Made by a program: the position numbers and the translations under genes. The notes under the pieces were generated by a model. The model saw nothing but the letters and a program-made list of their open reading frames with translations. It was not told the origin of the DNA and did no database searches. Below are positions 57,151 through 64,000 of a DNA stretch of 64,000 nucleotides, piece by piece. The stretch comes from an uncultured Spirochaetota bacterium. Its GTDB lineage: Bacteria; Spirochaetota; UBA4802; UBA5550. Where the stretch lies: positions 8,961 through 72,960 of the forward strand of contig CAWHAA010000006.1 in assembly GCA_963827275.1 (NCBI GenBank). The letters are read 5' to 3'. Each line of letters starts with the position of its first letter. Positions within the stretch are counted from its first letter, which is position 1.

Positions 57151-58319
57151 TGTAAAACTCTGAACTTCATCTGACACTCACCAATCACTTCCAAACTGCC
57201 TGTCAGTTAAAGTTTAGCAGTTTTTCTTTTGCAAGCACTAACGAATCCTTGAACGTATCTATCGGTGTTTTGCCATAACAATATTTTCCACTATGCGGTC
57301 TCTCATTATTATATTGAACAATCCATATGTCAAGATCCTTCTGAAGTTCATCAAGAGTGTTGTAAATTTTCTTTCTAAATGCTATGCGATAAAATTCATC
57401 TTGAATGGTTCGATGAAATCTTTCGCATATTCCATTTGTTTGAGGATGCCGCGTCTTTGTCTTTGTGTGCTCAATATCCTCAATCGAAAGAAACAGTTCA
57501 TAGTCATGACTTTCCATTTTCCCGCAATATTCGGTACCACGATCCGTCAATACTCGGATCAGCTTAATGCTGCTGTTTTCATAAAACGGTATAACCCTGT
57601 CGTTCAATATGTTGGCAGAGGTAATTGGTGTTTTCATATTGTATAACTTTGCAAAAGCCACCTTACAATACGTGTCTATAAAAGTCTGCTGGTATATCCG
57701 GCCAACACCTTTGACCGTTCCTACATACATTGTGTCCTGCGAACCCAGATAACCAGGATGTTCAGATACAATCTCACCATGAGCTTCCTTTTCCTCTTTG
57801 GCTTTCTCTAATGCGGCAAGCTGTGATTCCGTGAGAATGATTCCATCTTGAGCGACCTTGGCCTCAAGTGCCTTGAGCCGCTTCTTCATGGTTTCAAGAT
57901 CATTACGGAGCCATATGCTTCTTACTCCGGTAGGTGAGACAAATATCCCCTGTTTTCTCAGTTCATTAGAAGCCCGAACCTGTCCAAATGCGGGATACTC
58001 AATTGCAATGCTGTTAACTGCAGTTTCAACACTTGGATCAACACGATTCTTTATATTAGCTTTTTTTCTGCTGATTTCTTTTAACGCTTCTTCACCACCA
58101 GTATCATAAAGTTCCTTTAGCCGGTAGTAACTGTCTCGGGAATATCCCATAATGTGACATGCTTTTTTGACATTCCCAATCTGCTCTGCGAGGTTTAATA
58201 ACCCCATTTTGTTCCTGATGACTTTCTGTTCTGTTGTCATGTACTCCTCCGTATAATTATTCAGAGCATTTTCTGCTCCATTTATCGGAAGAGTGTCAGA
58301 TTAAATCGAGTCTATTACA
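57151..58319 (-). mobile_element. IS481-family insertion sequence (1169 bp) with imperfect 29-bp terminal inverted repeats and a 7-bp target-site duplication
   Basis: IRL 57151-57179 is TGTAAAACTCTGAACTTCATCTGACACTC. The reverse complement of IRR 58291-58319 is TGTAATAGACTCGATTTAATCTGACACTC (22/29 identical). The direct repeat CTTTATC lies at 57144-57150 and 58320-58326. Confidence 0.85.
57203..58240 (-). CDS. IS481-family DDE transposase (HTH + rve integrase core)
   Basis: 345 aa. The integrase core includes ..LTDRGTEYCG..HTKTKTRHPQTNGICERFHRTIQDEFY..YNNERPHSG. Confidence 0.9.
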   Translation of the reverse strand: MTTEQKVIRNKMGLLNLAEQIGNVKKACHIMGYSRDSYYRLKELYDTGGEEALKEISRKKANIKNRVDPSVETAVNSIAIEYPAFGQVRASNELRKQGIFVSPTGVRSIWLRNDLETMKKRLKALEAKVAQDGIILTESQLAALEKAKEEKEAHGEIVSEHPGYLGSQDTMYVGTVKGVGRIYQQTFIDTYCKVAFAKLYNMKTPITSANILNDRVIPFYENSSIKLIRVLTDRGTEYCGKMESHDYELFLSIEDIEHTKTKTRHPQTNGICERFHRTIQDEFYRIAFRKKIYNTLDELQKDLDIWIVQYNNERPHSGKYCYGKTPIDTFKDSLVLAKEKLLNFN

Positions 58320-58572
58320 CTTTATCAATATGCAACCTATTTAATAAAGAACGGCGCTGATCTTAATGCCCAAAACAAGAAAAAGGAAACCCCACTACAT
58401 TGTGCTGTATCCAGCAGCAAAATCAAAATGATCGAACTGTTATTGAAAAACGGCGCAGACGTCCATATAAAAGACGAAAAAGGCCTGTCGCCGCTTGATT
58501 ACGCAAATAAAGAGAACAACCCCCGGGTGCTGGCATTATTGAAACGATACGGCACCTGATACTGCCGTCCTT

Positions 58573-59640
58573 TCACCGCCCCAGCTTATATCGCGCCATT
58601 TTGTCCATCGTCAGGCTCCCGAAATACAGGAACCCGCCATGCTCACGCGCGGTGGTGATATCGGAGAGCTTCGCGCCGCCGGGGTCTTGCAGAGAGCCGG
58701 TGATTCGTCCCCGCTCGTCGAGCGACACGACAAGGCCGTACCTGGCGGAATGCGCCCAGAGGGACTCAGGGAGCCTGCCGAGGACCGACTTGATGAACGG
58801 GTGGCCCTGGACCATGTCCAGGGCGTCGTTGCGCACGGTGAAGAGCGCGAGCCAGAAGGTCCCCGCATCGTTGGAGGTGATGTTGTCCGGCATGCCGGGC
58901 AGGTTGTCGATGAAGATGTGGGCCGTGCCGGCCTTCGGTCCCTTCAGCCAGTAACGCCATACCCGGTAGCGGTACGTCTCGTTCACCAGAACGAAGTCCT
59001 CGCCGCGCGACAGCGCCACGCCGTTGGCGAAGCAGAGCCCCCTGAGCAGCACCGTGACCTTCTTCGTCGCGGGGTCGTAGCGCATGAACCTGCCGTGGGG
59101 CCGCGCCTCTATCATGTCCAGCTTGAATTGCTCGAGAGGGAAGGTGTCCGACGCGTCGGTGAAATAGACGGAGCCGTCGCGGGCGATGTCGAGCGCGTCG
59201 GTGGCGCGGAACTTCACCCCTTCGGCCGAGTCGGCGAGGAGGGTGGCCGCGCCGTGTTTGTCGATTGAGACGAGGCCGCGCGAGGCGTCGCAGGCGATGA
59301 GGGCGCCGCTCCGGTCAAACATGAGGCCGAGCACCCTGCCGCCGGTCCGCGCGTAGGTCTCCGGCGCGCCGCCGGGTGCGGTCCGCATGACCGCGCCGTC
59401 AGCGGTCCCGGTGTAGAGGCGGCCCGCAGCGTCAAAGGCGATGTCCTCCGGGCCGTCGAGCCTGCCCGCCGCGATCAGTTCCGCCCTCGCCAGCAGGTCG
59501 TTCGGCGTGAGCGCGCCTGTCATAGCCGGTTTTTTCGGGGGGTGGTAGGCCACCGGGTCCACCGGTGACGTGACCGCGAGCAGTATGATGAGCAGGATAA
59601 CGACGGCTGCTAAAATGGGTGCGAATATCTTTATGCGCAT
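58573..59640 (-). CDS. Strictosidine-synthase-like / SMP-30-gluconolactonase-type beta-propeller protein with N-terminal membrane anchor
   Basis: 355 aa, high G+C. TM anchor MRIKIFAPILAAVVILLIILLAV. Strings typical of the Str_synth family are present (GPEDIAFDAAGRLYTG, YFTDAS, RPHGRFMRYDP, ANGVALS, LPGMPDNI). Confidence 0.75.
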   Translation of the reverse strand: MRIKIFAPILAAVVILLIILLAVTSPVDPVAYHPPKKPAMTGALTPNDLLARAELIAAGRLDGPEDIAFDAAGRLYTGTADGAVMRTAPGGAPETYARTGGRVLGLMFDRSGALIACDASRGLVSIDKHGAATLLADSAEGVKFRATDALDIARDGSVYFTDASDTFPLEQFKLDMIEARPHGRFMRYDPATKKVTVLLRGLCFANGVALSRGEDFVLVNETYRYRVWRYWLKGPKAGTAHIFIDNLPGMPDNITSNDAGTFWLALFTVRNDALDMVQGHPFIKSVLGRLPESLWAHSARYGLVVSLDERGRITGSLQDPGGAKLSDITTAREHGGFLYFGSLTMDKMARYKLGR

Positions 59641-59803
59641 GTCCGGGCCCCTCCTGGTTAACGTTCGGTACGCGCCTGCCGCGGTCGTACATGAGGATGC
59701 CCGCGGGACAGAATATTGTCAATCATCATTTTAGGTGCCCGGCAGCGGGCGGTGACGGTAAAATATTTATTGCAATTTTAAAACATGTGCACATAATGAT
59801 GCC

Positions 59804-62179
59804 ATGTCATTCAACTTCAGGGAACAGATGCGGTCTCTTGCCGGCCTTCTCGTGCCTCCCGCGTACGACAGCATCGGGGACAGGGGACGAAAAAGACTGT
59901 TTGTGCTTTTTCTCATCCTGATCTGCATCCCGATGATTATTTTTGGCGTTAACCATCTTCTAAATGGAATATATCTGTACGGGATCATAGATATTGCCGC
60001 GGCCCTTGTATTATTCGGCGTTATAATCTCCCTCAGGTTCCTGAAAAACGGCCTCGTTATCTATCGACTGGTTATCATGATGATGATAGGGCTCTTTTTC
60101 TACTGGATCAAAACAGGAGCCGTCCAGGGGCATGCAAGCCTGTGGGTGCTTGCCTTTCCCCTCTTCAGCTATTTCCTGACCGGGCGGCGCGAGGGGTCCT
60201 TATGGACCTTCATAATGTTCGCTGCGACCGGCTTTATCTTCTTCAACCCGTTTTCCATGATTCACGCGTGGCAGTACCCCTTCGACTACGTGTTCCGGCA
60301 CCTCATCGCCTTTGTTGTCATAATATTTTTCACCTACATATATGAGTCCATCAGCGAGAAGTATAACGATGAGATAGAAAATGAACGCCGTCTACTCCTC
60401 AGGGAAAAGGAACAGCTCGCTGACTTGATGAAAGAGGTCGAATCCGTGAACGCGCACCTTCGGGATGAAATGGAGGTCCGCCGCCTTGCGGAGGAGGAGC
60501 TCCGCAAGCACCGCGACAACCTCGAGGGCCTGGCCGAGGAGCGGACCGGGGAGCTCCACCGCAAGAACATCGAGCTCGAGAAGAGCGAAAAGCGGTACCG
60601 CCTCCTTGCGGAGAATATCAATGACATGATCTGGTCGGTGGACCTGGACCTGAACGTGCAGTACGTCAGCCCCTCCGTCCAGGCCATGTACGGGTACACG
60701 GTCGAGGAGGCGCTCTCCCTTTCCATGAAGGACATCCACACGCCTGAATCCCTGAAGAAAATAAAGAAGACGTATGCCGGGTTCGCGGCGATGGGCAGGC
60801 GGGAAGGGGCCGATGCGGCGAGGAACCTGGTGCTGCAGCTCGAGCACCGCCGCAAGGACGGGTCGTTGTTCGACGCGGAGACCAGGATCTCTGTCATCCG
60901 GGACGAATCGGGCATGCCGGCGGGCTTCATCGGTGTGACGCGCGACATCAGCGAGCGCGTCAGGGCCCAGCGTGAAAAGGAGAAGATCCAGCAGCAGCTT
61001 GCCCAGGCGCAGAAAATGGAAGCGATCGGGACGCTCGCCGGCGGCCTCGCCCATGACTTCAACAACATACTGAGCGGGATACTGGGGGCCCTCGACCTTG
61101 TCCGTCTCATGCTGAAGAAGGAACAGCTCGCGGAGCGCGGGAAAATCGAGAGCTACCTTGAAATGGGGATCGAGGCCTCGCGGCGCTCGGTCGACATCAT
61201 CAAGGACCTGCTCGCCCTGTCCATGAAGCAGGAGCCGCGGCTCGCGCCGGTCGATGTCAACGAGACGGTCAGCCGCACCTGCGACATCTGCAAAAACAGC
61301 TTCCCCAAGTCGGTCATCCTTGACTGCGTGCTCTCCCCCGACGAGCCGGTGATCATGGGCGACAAGGCGCAGGTCGGGCAGGTGCTCCTGAACCTCTGCA
61401 TTAACGCCTCGCACGCCATGACCATCATGAGGCCCCCGGATGAGCCGCAGGGAGGCGTGATTTCCCTGCGCGTCGAGCTCGCGGGCCCGGGCCATCCGGA
61501 CGGGGGGCCGGGGGAGGCGGGTGATGGCCGTGCCTGGGTAAAGATCTCCATCAGCGACACCGGCGTCGGCATGGACCGGGAGACCATGGACCGCATCTTC
61601 GAGCCGTTCTTCACCAGGAAGGACAGGGAGAAGGGTTCGGGCCTCGGGCTCGCGATCTCCTACAATATAATCCAGAACCATCACGGTTCCATCCGCGTTT
61701 ACTCGGAGCATGGCCGGGGGGCGCGCTTCACGCTGTATTTCCCCCTGTCGGGTGAACTCCCGGAACGGAAGGACGCGCACGCGAACGGGAACGAACTGGC
61801 GCGGGGATCGGGAACGGTCCTGGTCATAGACGACGAGCGCATGGTGCTCAACGTCACGAAGGGTTTTCTCGAGCAGTGCGGGTATTCCGTCATCACCGCC
61901 GGGGTGCCGGAGGAGGGCATCGCGCTGTTCAGGGAGCGCCATGCGGAGATCTCCGCCGTCATCATCGACCTGTCGATGCAGGGCATGAACGGACTCGATG
62001 TGTTCCGCGAGATGAAGAGGACCGATCCCGGCGTGCGGGCGATACTGGCGTCCGGTATGCTTGACGACGACTCGAAGGAGCGCGCGCGCGCGATGGGCAT
62101 CCGGGGGTTCGCGCACAAGCCCTTCCGCGCCAGGGAGCTGTCGATCATCGTGCGCGGGGTCCTGGACGAAGGGCGGTGA
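59804..62179 (+). CDS. Hybrid sensor histidine kinase / response regulator (multi-TM N-terminus, coiled coil, PAS, HisKA, HATPase, REC)
   Basis: 791 aa. H-box LAHDFNNILSGILG, N-box LLNLCINASHAM, G1 DTGVGM and G2 GSGLGLAISYNI are present. The receiver domain has VLVIDDE..IIDLSMQGMNG..KPF. Confidence 0.9.
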   Translation: MSFNFREQMRSLAGLLVPPAYDSIGDRGRKRLFVLFLILICIPMIIFGVNHLLNGIYLYGIIDIAAALVLFGVIISLRFLKNGLVIYRLVIMMMIGLFFYWIKTGAVQGHASLWVLAFPLFSYFLTGRREGSLWTFIMFAATGFIFFNPFSMIHAWQYPFDYVFRHLIAFVVIIFFTYIYESISEKYNDEIENERRLLLREKEQLADLMKEVESVNAHLRDEMEVRRLAEEELRKHRDNLEGLAEERTGELHRKNIELEKSEKRYRLLAENINDMIWSVDLDLNVQYVSPSVQAMYGYTVEEALSLSMKDIHTPESLKKIKKTYAGFAAMGRREGADAARNLVLQLEHRRKDGSLFDAETRISVIRDESGMPAGFIGVTRDISERVRAQREKEKIQQQLAQAQKMEAIGTLAGGLAHDFNNILSGILGALDLVRLMLKKEQLAERGKIESYLEMGIEASRRSVDIIKDLLALSMKQEPRLAPVDVNETVSRTCDICKNSFPKSVILDCVLSPDEPVIMGDKAQVGQVLLNLCINASHAMTIMRPPDEPQGGVISLRVELAGPGHPDGGPGEAGDGRAWVKISISDTGVGMDRETMDRIFEPFFTRKDREKGSGLGLAISYNIIQNHHGSIRVYSEHGRGARFTLYFPLSGELPERKDAHANGNELARGSGTVLVIDDERMVLNVTKGFLEQCGYSVITAGVPEEGIALFRERHAEISAVIIDLSMQGMNGLDVFREMKRTDPGVRAILASGMLDDDSKERARAMGIRGFAHKPFRARELSIIVRGVLDEGR

Positions 62180-62185
62180 CCGCGC

Positions 62186-63478
62186 CTATAGCTGCGCGTC
62201 GAGGTGCTTCGCCAGCCTCTTGCCGAGGGAGACCACGGTCCATACCACCGGCGCGCCGAGGGAGGAGGGGAGGACGCTGGCGTCGCAGCAGTACAGCCCG
62301 CTGATCTGCGTCGCGAGGTCCGTGTCCACCACGTGCCCGATTCGGCAGGTCGCCGACGGGTGCGCGCCCGCCTGCTTCATCGGGTAGATGCTGCTCTCCT
62401 TCGCCCCGGCCTTCCTGAATATCTTCGTGATTACCTCGATCCCCTTGTCAAGCTTCCTGCGGTCCGAGGGGGTGACCGGCTTGCTGAACGCCCTGCCGTT
62501 CCCGATCTCCCCGGTGATATCGTCGCGCACTTTTACCATGATGCTGCTGTACCGCCGCATGTTGGCCAGCTTGAGCAGGTGCCGCGGACCGGAGAGAATT
62601 GCCACCCCGAGGAAGAGCGCCCAGTTGGGCGACACGGGCATGAGCACGAAATCGTCGGTTTCATAGTGCTCCAGTGTGCCCACGCTCATGGGGGTCGCGC
62701 CGCGGGCGTTGGTGCCCGGCACCACCGCCTGCACGAAGGTAAGCCAGTCGCAGCAGAGGCCCTTGCCCGCCTCTCCGATCCCGGCGGCCCGCAGCAGGTG
62801 CACGTTGCTCATGCCCCCGGCGGAGAGGACCACGGACCTGCCGTAAAAGCGCTCCCCGTTCTTCAGCTCCACCCCGCACGCCCTGCCGTTCTGTACGATC
62901 ACCCTTTTTACGTCCGCGTGGAGCGCCAGGTCGGCGCCGCCGGCGACCGCCTCGTCCCCGAAGACCCGGGCGGTCCACTTGGCCCCGGTTCTGCAGCCCA
63001 GCATGCAGTTTCCCGATCCCGTGCATTTGCTCGCGTCAATGAACTTGTCCATCTTCTGCCAGTGGTAGCCCAGGCTGTTGGCCGCCTCCATGAGCCGCAG
63101 GTTGTTTTCCCCTATCAGCTCGTCCGGGAGGGGATTGATCCACAGGTCCTTCCTCGCCTCTTCCGCTTCCTTCGAGAGGTCTATGCCGACCGGGTCGAAC
63201 ACCTTTTTGGGGGGAGGGAGCGCCGAGCCGGCCGCGATGTTGGAGGCGCCGCCGTAATTGGTGACGAACAGGACGATGTCCCTGGGGTTCCGCAGCAGGG
63301 TGGGGATATCGAACATGGTGGCCACGGTCACGGTATTCCCCAGCCACTCCATGCGCCCTCCCTTCTCAAGCATCAGGACCTTCTTCCCTTTCCTGGTCAT
63401 TTCCCTGGCCACGGTGCACCCCGCGGCGCCGGTCCCGACGACGATGACATCATATTCTTTTTTATGCTCTCTGTTCAT
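62186..63478 (-). CDS. FAD-dependent oxidoreductase, GMC-like
   Basis: 430 aa. The dinucleotide-binding motif is YDVIVVGTGAAGCTVAREM. The C-terminal part is GMC-like (HPSATCRIG..DASVLPS). Confidence 0.75.
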   Translation of the reverse strand: MNREHKKEYDVIVVGTGAAGCTVAREMTRKGKKVLMLEKGGRMEWLGNTVTVATMFDIPTLLRNPRDIVLFVTNYGGASNIAAGSALPPPKKVFDPVGIDLSKEAEEARKDLWINPLPDELIGENNLRLMEAANSLGYHWQKMDKFIDASKCTGSGNCMLGCRTGAKWTARVFGDEAVAGGADLALHADVKRVIVQNGRACGVELKNGERFYGRSVVLSAGGMSNVHLLRAAGIGEAGKGLCCDWLTFVQAVVPGTNARGATPMSVGTLEHYETDDFVLMPVSPNWALFLGVAILSGPRHLLKLANMRRYSSIMVKVRDDITGEIGNGRAFSKPVTPSDRRKLDKGIEVITKIFRKAGAKESSIYPMKQAGAHPSATCRIGHVVDTDLATQISGLYCCDASVLPSSLGAPVVWTVVSLGKRLAKHLDAQL

Positions 63479-63499
63479 TTTACCTGTCCTGTGTAAGAT

Positions 63500-64000
63500 T
63501 TATTTACCCGCGTTCACGTATTCTTTTTTCACTATATCAATGTCCAGCGGCACGTTTTTGCCCGGGTCCCTCCGCAACGAGAGGGCCTTTTCCGGGCAGT
63601 GCTCGGTGCAGAGCCCGCATCCCAGGCAGGCGTTCCTGTCGTAAATGAATCTCTTTTTCCGGGTATCGACCTGGATCGCCCCGACGGGACATGCCTTCGC
63701 GCACGTTCCGTGGTACCTGCACTTCGTCCCGCTGAAGGCCACGGAGTAACCGGAGTTCGCGTTCATGGTGAAGGTATCGCTGAACTTCTTCGCGAATCGC
63801 GTGGCCTGGAGGCTCACGCAGGTGTCCGGGTGGCAGTTGCAGATGACGCCGGTGCTTCCGCCGGTGGCCACCTTGAAGAAGGCCTGCGTCACGTACCCCA
63901 TCTTCCTGAACCTGCGGATCAATGCGAGGGCGTCCTTCTGCGAGATCCTGCGCGCGTGGTATTTCGCGCCGCCGTGCTCGAGCCAGAAGGACGAGAGCCC
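63500..64000 (-). CDS. 4Fe-4S ferredoxin-domain protein (5' end beyond the window edge)
   Basis: The frame stays open to position 64000. Two ferredoxin-type clusters are present: CAKACPVGAI and CLGCGLCTEHCP. Confidence 0.7.
   Translation of the reverse strand, partial: GLSSFWLEHGGAKYHARRISQKDALALIRRFRKMGYVTQAFFKVATGGSTGVICNCHPDTCVSLQATRFAKKFSDTFTMNANSGYSVAFSGTKCRYHGTCAKACPVGAIQVDTRKKRFIYDRNACLGCGLCTEHCPEKALSLRRDPGKNVPLDIDIVKKEYVNAGK

Larger units (their letters stand above)
56634..58559 (+). pseudogene. Ankyrin-repeat lipoprotein, paralog 3, interrupted by an IS481-family element
   Basis: The 5' part 56634-57150 (MYRLMMTLFIIFISNC..ETICEELY) and the 3' part 58320-58559 (..QYATYLIKNGADLNAQNKKKETPLH..NPRVLALLKRYGT*) join in frame once the IS and one copy of CTTTATC are removed. 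Confidence 0.85.

Noticed and set aside
46030-58559. Interpretation of the low-G+C island as a prophage or ICE integrated at a tRNA
   Set aside because: There are no phage structural, integrase, relaxase or conjugation genes. The only tRNA (His) is 16 kb away, and I could find no flanking direct repeats by eye.
60392-62116. 574-aa minus-strand ORF inside the hybrid histidine kinase, with similar long antisense ORFs at 62204..63496(+), 14816..16471(-), 1568..2533(-), 2323..3453(-), 4549..5625(-), 41493..42296(-) and 34727..35623(-)
   Set aside because: All overlap well-supported genes on the other strand. All translate to Arg/Pro/Gly/His-rich low-complexity sequence and lack start-site signals. 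They are G+C-bias artefacts.
1-64000. Uniform sequencing-error explanation for all frameshifts
   Set aside because: This is not adopted as the sole explanation. About 17 inferred frame changes cluster in 4 genes, while about 50 kb of other coding sequence, including 6.5-kb and 2.4-kb ORFs, is uninterrupted. Local causes (paralog collapse or poor polishing, or genuine pseudogenes) fit better, but they cannot be distinguished without reads.

Overview
This 64-kb window comes from a high-G+C diderm-type bacterium. 60-nt lines I counted in the core give about 65-75% G+C.

Most of the window is ordinary, densely packed chromosome:
- acyl-CoA metabolism: TetR, crotonase, acyl-CoA dehydrogenases and a 4-hydroxybutyryl-CoA dehydratase
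- sensory proteins: a PAS HisKA_2 kinase, a 7TMR-DISM chemoreceptor and a hybrid kinase
- RlmKL
- a TatT-type TRAP transporter
- a trehalose module (fused OtsA-OtsB plus TreS) with a ClC channel and an ArsB/NhaD-type permease
- tRNA-His and two cold-shock genes
- a MarR-TolC-MacA-MacB efflux operon

The standout is a ~12.5-kb low-G+C island at about 46.0-58.56 kb (sampled lines 30-37% G+C). It encodes:
- a ~2156-aa Sec-signal SpvB/FG-GAP/TcdB-mid/RHS cocoon protein, with an unusual two-helix hydrophobic insertion and an unrecognised Gly/Trp/Tyr-rich C-terminal domain
- a lipoprotein-like candidate immunity gene
- degraded orphan cassette remnants
- three paralogous ankyrin-repeat lipoprotein genes, one split by an IS481-family element with a 7-bp target duplication

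A second candidate system is a translationally coupled TetR / MoxR-like AAA / DUF2201-type zincin-VWA / novel 28-aa-repeat operon at 34.2-38.2 kb.

Four genes (abfD-like, the PAS kinase, the 7TMR-DISM MCP, and one of two tandem acyl-CoA dehydrogenase paralogs) carry clustered frameshifts while their neighbours are intact. This means either real pseudogenisation or local assembly or polishing error.

No rRNA, CRISPR array or prophage was seen. All family calls come from motif recognition by eye, not from searches.
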